Source of the DNA: Paramecium tetraurelia
Lineage: Eukaryota
Assembly: GCA_000165425.1 (NCBI GenBank)
Contig: CT868040.1
Coordinates: 124,001-188,000 of the forward strand
Reading direction: 5' to 3'
Length of the DNA: 64,000 nt
How positions within the stretch are numbered: the stretch's first letter is position 1; each line of letters starts with the position of its first letter. Positions 12,648 through 26,037 of this stretch are shown here, one piece after another. The notes under the pieces are model-generated. The model saw nothing but the letters and a program-made list of their open reading frames with translations. It did not search any database and was not told the origin of the DNA. The position numbers were made by a program, and so were the translations under genes.

Positions 12648-12972
12648 AATAGGTTGCAACTCTATTAACAAATAGGGCAATTAGATATCAACCATGTTGG
12701 ATATTCCTAATGTAATTTGTTTTTAATGAGTTTGCTAAACATTAAAAATGAAACTAATGTTTGCAACTTGATACGTTTAACAGATTCAAATTCTCAGCAT
12801 TTAATAGATTATATAATTCCATTAGCATAGTATCATAACTATTTTACTTTGCAAATGTTGATATTAAAATTTGAATATATCTATTAAATTTCCTTAAGGT
12901 TAATTTACAAGACTAACACTATTCGTTTTCATCTTATTTTTCTTATGGTAATCCTAATCCAACATTGATATT
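12648..12972 (-). pseudogene. Duplicated, frameshifted fragment of the RING-H2 region of the neighbouring UBR ligase gene
   Basis: Closely matches 14831-15155; a 1-nt deletion near 12720 (TGTAATTTGTTTTTAATGAG vs TGTAATTTGGTTTTAAATGAG) shifts the frame. Confidence 0.85.
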
Positions 12973-13001
12973 TAAATATTAATTTTAATGAATTTATTTA
13001 T

Positions 13002-13011
13002 AAACCCATAA
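13002..13011 (+). promoter_or_regulatory. snRNA-type upstream element AAACCCATAA, copy 2
   Basis: Identical motif, 59 nt before ACTTAATCC at 13061. Confidence 0.65.
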
Positions 13012-13060
13012 TTTAGAAATTAATTATTTACTATTTATCGAGAAAAATATTGCTTATAAA

Positions 13061-13165
13061 ACTTAATCCATCACTGGGTTCAATTTAATGAGCAAAACCT
13101 ATCCAAGTTTAAACCTATTTAATAGGTTGCGGGCAAGGCTCCTATTCCGGAAGCTAAGCTCGTTC
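13061..13165 (+). ncRNA. Candidate structured small ncRNA, copy 2
   Basis: Same hairpin array as copy 1; differences fall in the second hairpin (TTCA-ATTTAA-TGAG, still pairable) and at one unpaired G>A; ends in GTTC, followed by AAACGAAA. Confidence 0.6.
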
Positions 13166-13797
13166 TTAAATTAAACAAACGAAATTTATATATATATTCT
13201 CTCTTCTGTGATAACTTCAAATAGATCAAATCATTTTCTCCACTAAAAAATAATATAAATCAATATTTTTTTAGGCCTGCTTAGAATGTTATTCTATTTT
13301 TCTTAATTTTCATAATTCAAATGGTTTCTAAATATATTAAATTAAATACCAAAAAGTATGTTTAATAATGAGAGTCACTTCGATGATCAACATGATAACT
13401 TGATTAATTTAAGGAATCCTTATTATGCAGGAAAAGACATCATTGATTCATCCTTAAAATTCATTAACTGATTAGAGTTTAAATTAATCCTAAATAATTC
13501 TAAATTAAGAGTTTGCGTTTAATTTTACCGATTCTATGAAACAATGGCTAGCTAATAAGGTTGTTTGCATATATTTACAAATGAACCCTTTAAAACTACA
13601 TAAAAACCAAAAAGACACGTGCAAATTCTAAGAGGAAAGTAGAGTTGTTGAATAAAAAAGGTTTCCCAAATTATAACATTATTGTATTCTATTCATTAAA
13701 AAAATAATTTTACTCAATAATTTTAAATAAACTATTGTAGACTTTTAATATAAATTTATAAGATTTAATTAAATAATGATAATATTATTTATAGTAT

Positions 13798-16700
13798 TCA
13801 TAAATTCCTTCTAACATTCTGTCTGTTTCTGTTTTGATCATTTAATGCATTTCTTATAATTTGTTAATATTAATTATATAAGATAATCTTAGAAATTTAT
13901 TCTACTTTTTCCATATCTAAATTGTATTTATCCCAATCTAGATTAGTATATGTAAGTTAATTTATTTCTTAACCTAAGTTGTTATAAAATAAGCTAAAAC
14001 AATTAACATATGACATAGGATAAGATGTTATCACAACATTCCCTGAGCTCAAGCAAACATAGACTGAATGGCAGTTGTGCTCCTCTTCAGCATGAATACT
14101 TAAGTTGCCAATTTTATAATTTTTACATGAACCTAAACATAATGTTTTTAAACAAAGTAAACATACAGCAATATCTTAACCTTATTTCTACTTAGTGGCA
14201 AAGAAGCCACATTTTTTGCATAAGTTCTTAATATATCTATGTCTAAAAGTTTCAAAATTTTTTCCTAATAGTATGGCTATTTAATTGGATATTTCTTTTT
14301 AGGTTTAATAGAAATCTGTTATACACATTGATGATATTTCATTTTATTCACCATAAAATAGTTCATCATTAAATTTTATTTCGAAACAAGTAAATAAAAT
14401 TTTAACTAAGTCATCATTTTGCTTTGGCAACGATAATAATATTTTTGAGATTTCTTATTCGAAATCATTTTTATTAATTACTGACATTACTTAATTCTCG
14501 ATTAACATCATAATGTCCAATATAAATATTTATCCTTTCTTAAATTTCAGTATATTCTACTTATAATTGATGTTTTTATAATGATGCTTTAAAATCCTGA
14601 TAAATTGCTAGAAAATCTAAACTTTACCAGATCTCTAAAAGTCTACCTTTTATTATATCATTTAGATTAAAATATTAATAAGTAACTGATAGAAAATATC
14701 AAATAAAATTAATTCTTCTCTACCTTCATATTTTAATGATAATTATAAATCTAAATTTAATTCAATTAAAATTGCCTCTAATTCTTAAATGAATAAATTA
14801 AAATGAACTTCAAGTTAAGAATTAGGATATAATAAGTTGCAACTCTATTAACAAATAGGGCAATTAGATATCAACCATGATGGATATTCTTAATGTAATT
14901 TGGTTTTAAATGAGTTTGCTAAACATTTAAAATGAAACTAATGCTTGCAACTTGACACATTGAATAGATTCAAAGTCTCAGCATTTAATAGGTTTTATAA
15001 TTCCATTGGCATAGTATCATATCTATTCTACTTTGCAAATGTTGATATTAAAATTGGAATATATCTATCATCTTACTTTAATGTTAATTTACAAGACTAA
15101 CACTATTCATTTTCATCGTATTTTTCTTATGGTAATCCTAATCCAACATTGATATCTAATTATTCGTTAAATTTAGATTATTTCTAAAGATATTTCTTTT
15201 TCATTTTGGATTTATCTGAAATCAATATTTAACTATTTATTTATTGTAAAGAGTTTGACCCTATTTCAAATAATGAGTTTAAATTTTCAATGATCTGATC
15301 AAGATATTCTGCACATTTTTAATTATTCTATTTATATTATTAGGTAAGTTTTTAAATCAAATCAAGTAGTTCTTGATCAACCTTATTTTATTATTTAGAT
15401 AAAATGATAATCAAATAATTTAGTAATTAAGATGTTTACAATTTTTATAATTAATTCTATTCTATTTCCCTGTATCAATTATTTAATAAAAGGTTCATTA
15501 ATAAGTAGGTGAAAAATGTCAAAAAATATTGAATCCTTATTTGATGAAAGATGTTTGATGATTTCATCTGCCTTATATTGGGTGTAATTTCCAAAGTTCA
15601 TAAATCTTTACGATTTTTTTTGATCAATCAATCTTTCTACAATATTTCCTTTAACTGCATTGCTTTTTGTAAATACGATAGGATCAAGATATAATTAAAT
15701 ACCTTTTTTTAAAGTAAATGTTTTTGATATTAAATCTAATTAACATACTTCTTATACAAGATTTTCTATTGGTGAATTAGTTTTTACTTTTAATTATTCT
15801 ATGTGTTTCTATATTTCATCAAAGCTCAAACTAGCTGATTGATTGAACAAATTTATTATAATATGATGAATCGTAGAGTTGAGCTATTTAGGATATAGAT
15901 CCAATGATTCTTCGACCATTTATAACACATTCCAAAATTCTATTTCTGATGAAATTATGCTTAACAACATGGAACTAAAATAGATTAAGATAATTACTTA
16001 TAAATTTCAGAGGCGATCTTTTTATCAGGAATTCTAAATTTTTAAAATGCAACCTCTAAAAACAATAAACCATCTAGTTCAAATAAGAATAGATAGAATT
16101 TTATGTAAGCAAGATCAACAGATTCCAACTCACTTGAATTGAAATCAATTCTTTACTATTCTTCTTATAATCTCTTTTTCTAGTCAAAATTAAGAGCAAT
16201 CAAATTCTAAAGAGAATCAATTAATAAATTATTAAACAAAGGTTTTAAATCTTTTAAGTTTTCCATTCTGAGAACTTCCATCAAATGCTTTAGATATTAT
16301 TCTTTATCAATAAATTAGCCTTCAAAGTATTCGAGAATTAGCAATTCTATAAATATTAGGTTCGTAAAAATTGGTCTCTTTAAGAGTTTTAGGCTTAATA
16401 AATTATACGCTTCGCATACTTCTTGTTGTCCTTTGATAGTTGTTTCAGAATCTACATAATCTATATAAAAATTATCAATTTATTCAAAATAATTTCCAAT
16501 ATTTTATACATCTTAGTTTAATTTCAGATAACATTAATACAAATATATTCTTGATAGATTTCTTTTTCCAATCAGTTTGGGCATTAAACTTCTTAAACCA
16601 TTGAACATTTTATTAAATACATAGAATTAGTTTAATTAAAAATTGATAATGAGAGCAGCATTATATAAATTATCATTTTACACAACGAGACTATCTAATT

Positions 16701-18131
16701 TGTATTTCCTGTTTTACCTTTTAACGTTATAGAAGGAATGGAGCAATTAAGTTAAGAAAAACTATCTTTATTAAAAATCCTCATAATCATCTTATGAAAT
16801 TATCTTCTCTTAAAAGGAATCAAATTTATCGTCAAATAATTTTTTAAAGCAATTCATAAGGACTTACTTAAAATAAATAAATTCAGCCCTAAATGATAAT
16901 ATATTTAAATGCAAATGGGAATAATCTTAAACAAAATTAAGGTCCTAATAATATAATTTTTGATTCTCAGTTAAGTTTGAGAAATAAGGAGAACAAATGT
17001 TAGGTTGCAATATGGCTTCTATCATCTCTTAAGAGGTAAATTATGAGTGGTGAACTATAAATTCGGTAAACTATAAAAAAGTAAAATATTTCTCTGACTA
17101 ATCAAATTAGACTTATATAATTTCTTCAGATGATTTATCTTCCATTAATTAAAGACCCATGTAATTTTATGCTTAAACATAGTCGTTTAATTTCTCATAA
17201 ATTCTTTTTAGAACAATAAAGGCCTTATAATTTAGGCTTGAAAAAGATCGAAAATTATGAAAATTCTTCAAAAATGTAATTTGTACTAGCCTTTTGAATT
17301 CACCATCAGCATGAAAAGCATAAAAAATTGCTTCTAATTTTTCCCCTTTATAAGGTCCTAAAGATTCAAGAGTTAATTATCTTTCAAAAATATTGTATAA
17401 TATTAATTAATTGGAATTAGGATCTGTTTATGATAAGATATGAGTTATTAAAAAGAGATTCTAATGATTCACTTAAATAAACCAAGATATGAATTTAATC
17501 AATAGATTGTGAAAATAAAGTGCTTTGTGGAAAATTTGATAATAGTCTTCTAGCGAGATCGCTTCCGTTATATTTTTTAATTTCCACTTAGCCGCAATAT
17601 GATAAACCTTAACAAAATAAGGATTGATCGTAGAATTAGGTTTAAGTTCAACGTATAGTTAATTTAAGATATTATTAAGACATTATATAAAAGTTTCAGT
17701 GTTTTCTTTGATTATTGCAGGTATTTATTCAAGAATTTCCTATTTATTAATAATAGAATGACCCTGGTGGTCATTGCAAATTCCTAATTTAATAATATTT
17801 TCATCTCCGCAGTCACAACATCCAGCGCCATCCTTAAGCAAAAACTTATGATCTAAAAGATATCATACATAATACTTATATGTTTTTTAATATCAAAGCA
17901 TTTGATACAAATCATATGATTGAAATCGTTAGAACAATCAAAACATTTAAAACTCAACTCGTCATGATGAATTTAAGCTCCGCACACAGAATTTACTTTC
18001 TATTTCTGCTCTTTTAAGCCTTATGACTTATCTGAAATAAAGAGATTGTATAATTCCTCCATACCAATATCTTTTTGACCATTATTGTAAAGATTTTACA
18101 AAGCCTCATTAATTGTTTTTTATGACTTCAT
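13798..18131 (-). CDS. UBR-box / RING-H2 E3 ubiquitin ligase (UBR1/N-recognin-like)
   Basis: UBR box CGAQIHHDELSFKCFDC...MICIKCF..KKH..H...GAGCCDCGD...ICNDH; RING-H2 CQSC...SSCKHQFHFKC...CPICQQSCNLLYP; C-terminal CLLCLKTLC...IHAEEEH domain. Confidence 0.88.
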
Positions 18132-18816
18132 TACCAATTATATAAATTTAATAAATAATTTTATTTTCTCTAATGTCTATGAAAGACTTCATTATAATAT
18201 AAACTGGAGAAAAGTAATAGAATTTTTATTAATAAAAATTAAATGTGTTTAGTACATATTGTTTCTCTTTCAATTCTTTATGCAATACAAGTATATTTAT
18301 GTGTAATTTGAATGATGTAATTCACTAATCTAAAATAATTTAACAGACTGAAATTAAATGAACATGAAATAAACCAACTTAAACCTTTCTTTAGTAGGGC
18401 ATTGTTATTTTGGCATTATTTCAACTGAATTATGGGGATTAAGAATAATCTTATCATATTAATCAAAAAGATAGTTGAATTTATTTGCTTATCAAATTAC
18501 CATAATGGTTTTAGAAATATAATCAATAGTTTAGTAAATATTGTACACATAATTCCTAATTCTTATGAAATTGATCTCTTAATTGCCATAATTTCAATAT
18601 TTAATGCAATTTTATTAAGGTTCAGCATATTTGTTAATAAGAATAAAGCTTTGAATTGAGGAATTCTAAGTTTTTAAAGGGGGAAACAAATGTATGCTAC
18701 AATTATATCAATTTCTGCTGAACAGGTAATTAGTTAATCTTAAAAAAGTTAAGTTGATATCATGATTAGATTTAATGTAAAGGCGTGATATATTTTATTT
18801 ATAAGAAATAGGCTGA

Positions 18817-20207
18817 ATGACAAAAAATCTGAGATTCTAAAAAGTGAATGATGCTTTGCCAATCATTTAGCCATCTAAATCTACTAAGTTACAGTAGGAT
18901 TATCAAGAAAGTTGTAGTACAGAGAGAGTCAGAAGATTGGTGAATAAAGTAAAGGCACAGTTAAAATTGACGAATAATACACATGATGTCAGGTAAAGTA
19001 TTCAAGCTAAAGTAGATTTAATCGTTAATTGTAATAATTCAAGATACTTGAGACTTTTATTGACACAAAAACCAAATTAAAGAGGTTGAATATTATCAAC
19101 AATAGAGATTTATTAGAATCAGTAAAGAATTATCTAATAAGAAGGAAAGTAGCAAGACAATTGGATTAACAGGAAGCAGATTTAGAAAAGATGTATGAAT
19201 AATACGAAGTAGAGTTCGTAACAGAATTTGATAAAGCTTTCTTGGATAGTGATTGTTTTTTAGATTTAGGTTTGGTTAAAGCACCAAACAAGAAGACTAA
19301 GGAGTTATCTAAGGAGAGATTACAAGACCTCGGAAGGAGAGCAGTTAGTTAATTTTAAGGTTGTTGTAATTAAAGGTCAAACAGAGATTATGTGACAAAA
19401 TCTCAGTATGATTAAAATCTATTTTATTATCATGTTGAAGATCAAATCGAATAAATAAAGAAAGAGAGAGAGGAGACTGAAAACTTTCTTTAGAAACTTG
19501 GAAAATCCACAAAATGCAAAACTCAATCAGGAGAGCCATAGAGTGGGGTACAGATAGAGTAATAGAAGCCAACTTAAATAGATTATGATAAGGAGCTCTA
19601 CAAGATAGTTTTGTAGTATGGAATTGACCTAAATTCTACGGAATAATTGGAGGAAGACATTTACAAGGCATTCAAATAGCACGCTAATGAATTTATTAAG
19701 TCTAAAATAAATGAAGTGAAGATTAAGCACAGTCAGAGTATAGAAGAGGATCAATTAAAAAATAAATCTCAAAATAAGCCATAAAAAATAAAAATAAGTT
19801 CTATGTTTGAGTAATAATTGTTGAATTTCTCGAAATGCAATCCACCTCCCAAAACAAGACACAGACCAGAGAACATTATACATACCTTGCCATCGGAAAA
19901 TAGGAAGTCGTAATTGATATAGGAGTTGATGGAAAAGAAGAAGGAAAAGACAATTTTACTAAGTTAATTTAACCAGAAATCAAAGAGAATTATTAATATG
20001 TGTAATATGGATGAATAAAAATTGTAGTATAATGAGTTTATAAAGGATATACAGTTGATGAATTTGTATTTGGATGAGGCTATAACGAGAACTAATTTCA
20101 ACAGAAAACTTTCGTAGTTGGGTTTTACAAAAGAGGATTAGTTTTAGATAAAGAAATAGATTGTACTCCCAGGTGGGTAAGTAAGAAATCTACGCAATAA
20201 TCAGTGA
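18817..20207 (+). CDS. Hypothetical protein
   Basis: Long frames open in the ciliate code (DLLESVKNYLIRRKVARQLD..., EWGTDRVIEANLNR) with tiny introns; start uncertain. Confidence 0.55.
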
Positions 20208-20259
20208 GATAAAATATTTTGTTTATGTTTTTATTTATGCATTTTTAAAATAAAATTAT

Positions 20260-21963
20260 ATGAATAAGCATCCGATTGAGTAAATTCATAGTTCAGTTTA
20301 CGATAAGGTTGTGAAGTCTTTAACTCTGTTCTTTATGATCATCTCTTTATTGATCAGCATAGGACTTGATATAGTGCATGGAGTAGTCGATTTTTATTCA
20401 AATGCATATCAATTCGAAGCTCAAAATGCTACAATTGGATATATTTCAGATAATCTCATCTACAAACCAATCAAGCAGTAACAAATCACTAATAATTAGA
20501 GTATACTTCAGAGACTTGGATTGCGATTCATCTGAGGAAATTTAATAATTATTTCCATACGCCGAATTCAATATCACAAGATGGTTCTCTCAATAGATTT
20601 GTGTTACTAGATTTGTAGACATAAGATTGTCAACTGAATGTTCAGAGACTGAATATAATTGTGGACCCTATTGCATACAAACAAGCGAAGGCTCTTAGTG
20701 TCCCATTTCAAAATTGACTATAATATAAAATGAGGTTGTCGATGAAGATGCAGATCAAAACTTGGAAAAGAAGAGGGACCTATATATTCAAAGAGAAAAT
20801 TCATCCTATGGCATATTTAAAATTCAGGTTGTAATTAGGGGATACCCATGTTTGAATCCTTTAATTTATATAACAGCAGGATTAACCAATAATAGTGAAT
20901 ACATTGATCCTGAAAATTGTGAAGGCACCGATTTTGATACCGATAATAGTGTGAAAATAGAACAAACAACATTGGGGGAATTTGCTAAGTAAGGCCTAGA
21001 AGCATTGTCTTTTAATGGTGTACCCTCCTCTGTAACTAGTTCAGCAATTACTTATTTGACTGCAAGAGTACATATAATATTTAAAAAAAGAATAAAATTG
21101 CTTCAAAAGCTGATGATACTTGCACATAGATTGATAATAACATGATTAATGAAACTGAAAATTGTGAATAATCAATTTAAGAAATTGGTTTAATTTACGT
21201 TGTTATTAAATAGATATTCACTGGATTTATAGGAATTATTTTAATAATAGAAATTTATATTCTCAAATTCAGGATAGTGAATGATATACGAATAATCACA
21301 GTCATTTTTAAAATTCTGCTGGTCTGCCAAATGTCATTCATACTAATTGAAGGAGGCCTAATATTATATCAAGAAAAACTTAGATATGATTCAGAACTCT
21401 ATTTTAAATCATTAGCTAATTGTTACTCCTCAGATTAAATTTACAATGTATTCGCAAATTTTCCCAATCTCTTCCCAGCAGATGTCAATACTTATGTATC
21501 ACTCATTACAATTTCGATAATAATCATAGCCATCAGTGAATTCATCTTAATTATGATGTTTATAGTATAGATGTTCCATTGGTGCTTTAAATAGAAGAAG
21601 GAGAAGTTGTACCTACCTGATCCAGACACTTAGAGACAACCAATTCCTTCTAAAGATGATATTCATCACTCAGAAACTAGTCCTTACTAAAAACCTTTAT
21701 CACCGTATTAATCCAAATTCCCTCCTGTCTATTCAAACACATAAAATAACATAATACAAAATTAAAGCCATCCAATTAACTAAGACTCAAAATATGTTAA
21801 TGAATATGTACCTCCAAATCAATTTGGAGATCCTACCTATAATCCTCCTAATCAATTTGGAGATCCTACACAACCGAAATTTTCTGAAAGTTACATACCT
21901 CCTCAAATTAACAATGTCTAATCATCTATGGTGGTAGCAGGGAAAAAGAATTCTAAATATTGA
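20260..21963 (+). CDS. Membrane protein: N-terminal TM, large Cys-containing luminal domain, second TM, Pro/Gln-rich tail
   Basis: SLTLFFMIISLLISIGL TM; track ORF 20762-20992 lies in frame; VSLITISIIIIAISEFILIMMFIV TM; tail with PPNQFGDPT twice. Confidence 0.7.
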
Positions 21964-22805
21964 TAAATTCATGCTGTTTTATATATAATTAATCAAACCA
22001 TACTATAATATTCAAAATCTTATTTTAGTTTTTATCGAATGTTGGTAGTAATTAATTTAAAAGAGTTACTTTTTTATCTACTTAATTGATGTATGGAATA
22101 TATTAAATCTTATGTTATCTCAGTGATTGTCCACAAATTTCACTGCTTTAATTATTCATTTATATCTATAATACTCATTTTTATTTATTAAGATTAATTT
22201 ATTTTTATATAATAATTTCTAAATTACTTAAATCTTTCGACACAATCTAAGTAAAAATTAGTTTATAAGTTATCAGATTTGGTATTTTAATTCATTTTCA
22301 ATCTTAGCACATATTATTAAAAGATTTTATTTAATTTAGCTTATATCTTTAATTATAATTCATCATTTCATAATCTAAAATAATTAAAATTAATTCTCCT
22401 TTCTTTGCGTACAAAATTTAATCACTCAATGATTTATTATCTAAGATCCAACTAATTTAAAGAAAAGAGTTATGTAATACAATGACTTAAGATTATTTTC
22501 AAATTTTTCTTTGTTGATGTTTAAAAAAATGACGTCTAAAATAATATACAAATTCACCTCTCAAATAAAGCCAAATTACTACAGTAATAGAATAACTTTT
22601 TTCAATAAATCTTTTTGATTGATTTCAAAATAATGTTTGCTCTCCTCATTTATGTATTGATCGAAAGTCTTAAATGTCAAATGGATGCTGTGTTCAGAGG
22701 CAACAATAATAAAATATTGATTAGATTAGTATAAATAGATTGGGAGTACTCTAAATTTATTTAATAATTCGGTTGTAGAGATTTATTAATATTTTTTTTA
22801 TAGAT

Positions 22806-23904
22806 ATGCTTAATCGTGCAATTAATATTGGTTTCCGTAAAGCATTGCCTCAATATACATTCTCATCGAGAAGTAAAGCGATTGTTGATATGCCATAGAT
22901 GGGCCATACAATCCAAACCGATATAGACATTATTTGAACCCAAACTTTTTCTAATCCAACAAGGAAATTGCTGATATAGCTAAATCACAATAAGTGCCCC
23001 TTCCAGGTATAGCAATGTTGATTATGCAAAGTGCGTAATGTCAGACATGTCAATCCAGTCAGACAATCAGGCCCACTACCTCCCTATGATGGTCCATACA
23101 CGTATTTTTATCCTCACCCTAATTTTAAATAGTATGGAAGATGTAAGAGCTGTTTGGCAAAATACTTCCCTTGGTAGACAAGGTACATGGAGTTGTTAGA
23201 TGGATCCAGATGAAATCATGAGAAGAGTACCAGGTATTTTTGATCATTAAATTGGTTAGGAATCACAAGAAGGGAAGTTGAGAAGATCTTGAATATGGGA
23301 TTAACACCATAAGAATAAGTGGATTTCGCATATCTAGTTTATAATTGTGGTTTCGATGTGGATTATGTTCCAAACAGTGTTTATGTTGCAAGATAAGTTG
23401 TGACCAATTCAAAAGGTGAGAAGGTTGAAATCCTTTGGAATGTTCAAGTTTTGGAGGATTTGGCTAAGTTGCCTGTTGGATTTGCACCAGTTAGGGAATT
23501 GATAGATTACCATTGGGAAATTTTCCTGTGGTCAGATCCTATGATCAAACCTACAGGTGACTTGGATTTGGGTGTGCCTAATACTTGGTTTGAATATGAA
23601 TGCGAATGTAAATGAAGCCTTTGATTCATCTAGGGGGAGGTGAAATGGTTGGAATTGAAGATCAATTCAATATTCCCGAGAGTGATAGAGTCTTTCCTTC
23701 ACCCAGAAATCCAAATTGCAGAAGAGAGTTATGGAAATCTTAGGATGATATCTAAGAACAATTGGAAATGGAAGGTAGATTTATTGTTGTAACTGTTATA
23801 TAGATGAAAATTGGTATCCCAAGGGAACATCCTACAACATTTATTAATAAGCTGACTACAAGAAAGTAACTAAATCAGACAGCACATTCTAAGAAAAAAT
23901 ATGA
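22806..23904 (+). CDS. Mitochondrial-targeted protein, possibly a ciliate-specific OXPHOS subunit
   Basis: Presequence MLNRAINIGFRKALPQYTFSSRSK; HVNPVRQSGPLPPYDGPY; includes track ORF 23400-23615; several tiny introns; TGA at 23902-23904. Confidence 0.65.
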
Positions 23905-24417
23905 TATTTTAAGCATATTGAATCAAAATTAAATAATATTATTCTATTTTTCAAATAAATAATAAAGACATTTAAATGAAGAATTCTTACTATTTTATTA
24001 TGCTTATTAATATTAAGCTATATATTTTAGATTTCAAAATTGACAATATTATTTATTAATATTATTTTTCATGTTTCCATTGTTTTTTGTATTATGATAT
24101 TACGTTTATGATTATTATCTCAAATATTTTGATTTTTTGTTAAATATTATAAAATTATTGACAAACAATGATTTTTATTGCAGAACTGGTATTTGCTTTA
24201 TTTGATTATTTTAGTACTATTTCTAAGATAATCTAAATATTTTGAATACTTCAATCAAAAATAAAAGGCAGTATATTATGATTATATTGAAAAGTATAAT
24301 GAAATTGGGTGATGAAAATAAGTTATGAGTTTCTAGAAAAGAGAAAAAGAGAGTCAGAACACTTGATATTAATATTTTATTATTCACATAACACTATACA
24401 TGAAATAATGATAAAAT

Positions 24418-25467
24418 TCATTATTATATGTAATTGACACTTTGAAACTAATTGTTGAGTTTTGCTTAATCTAATTATATATTAATGTATAAATACTGGA
24501 TATTGAAATGTTGGTGATCCTTAGGAAATTAGTATAATGGATCTATTGAATTTAGGAAAGAGAGGAGTACAAGTTCTTGTATTCGTTCTAATCCACTTAC
24601 TGATTGGTTATCCATTTTTTTAGCATAGAGATCGTCTTTATTTTTTATTACATCTTATCAATGTCGGATTTCAGCTTGGACATTAGATTTTTTTTGATCT
24701 CATTCGAAATGTTTAGAGCTGATGAAGAATTCTCTAAAATTTCAGAAGCCTATTTGTAATCCACAAGAGGTTTGGGTTTAATTAATTGGCTGAAATATTT
24801 ATTCTCTTGTAGAGTATTGCCCAGATCAGGTTGGGACTTGACGGAAAAGGATTGCAAAGCAAAGGCATTCCAATTCCAAAAGTTTTATATAGGAAAATCG
24901 CCAAAATGTATTTATTCCTAACTTATGAACTTGTGCTCCAATTTCTCACAAAATTCTTTAGTATTGGATTTACATTTTCTATATTTAGATAGCTAAGTTC
25001 CATAGGTAGTATGGGGCAGTTTGAGTTTGTTTCCGCTGCTTGTGAGGTTGTCGATTAAATCAATATTGTCAGATATTAGATCGCTTAAACCATCGTCTTC
25101 GGATACAAAAATGTGTCTCTTTCTACAGATATTGACCAATTAATCGTACTTGCAATGTTCCAAAGGACATCTCCCGAGGAAATTATAATGGGCACATATG
25201 TGGGCATGTTTGTTTGTGAAGTTCTAAAGATCCGAACTACTCTTGCTGATCTTCTTAAATGAACTCTGACTAAGATTGATGTTCCTATGACTACTCTATT
25301 GGCTCTAATCAAGTTAAGTCTGATTTATTTACAGAACATAAATGTTGGGATGAAAAGCTCGAATCGCTTTGTTCTTGTGTACCCGAACCCTAAATAACCA
25401 GATCCTATCCATTGTGAACGTTAGGTTTTGCTGTTAATAGTTCGCTGTCCTACAGATGCTAGGCCAT
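24418..25467 (-). CDS. CCCH-type zinc finger protein
   Basis: MAQHLQDSELL...; ICAHYNFLGRCPLEHCK..H finger split by a tiny intron; coiled-coil C-terminus. Confidence 0.6.
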
Positions 25468-26037
25468 ATCTATAATTAAAAATGTTTTTTTCTTTTTAAA
25501 TTTTCCCCTCATAAAGTGGGATTTATACTACCATCTCCCTCAAGATACAACCAAAACAGAACAATATTTCCTTAAAAACAAATAATATAATATCAAATCC
25601 ATCCTTGTGACTCCATCAAAACCACTACTTTCATATAGAACATCAACATTTAACCAATTATATTAATTGAGAGTACATTCAAGTTTATTCTAACACCTGA
25701 TTCGATGCTATTCCCTTCTTTTGAATACATGGATCATAATTGACAATATATACATGTTCAGGTATCAAAACAAAGGAGCCAACTAATGATTCAAAATATT
25801 AATAATGATTGCCCTCAATAATTTGATTATAATATTTAATCATCATATAATTTTTATTAATACTAAATCCCCCCTAAAAGACAGGCAACCCTTGATGTTC
25901 CATGTGTATATTATAATAATAATTATAATAACATGGAAAACAGTTAATTAAGTAAACTGTTAAACTTAATATTATAAACACTTTTAATAAAAATACAAAA
26001 TAAATGACTGATAATTATGTTAATATATATAAATAAG

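Larger units (their letters stand above)
12995..13244 (+). repeat. ~250-bp direct repeat, copy 2
   Basis: Matches 11860-12111 with few substitutions and a short indel. Confidence 0.95.

Noticed and set aside
11860..13244. Repeat pair as a CRISPR array, LTR pair or MITE
   Set aside because: Eukaryotic context, no repeat-spacer periodicity, and no terminal inverted repeats, target-site duplication or transposase/RT visible.
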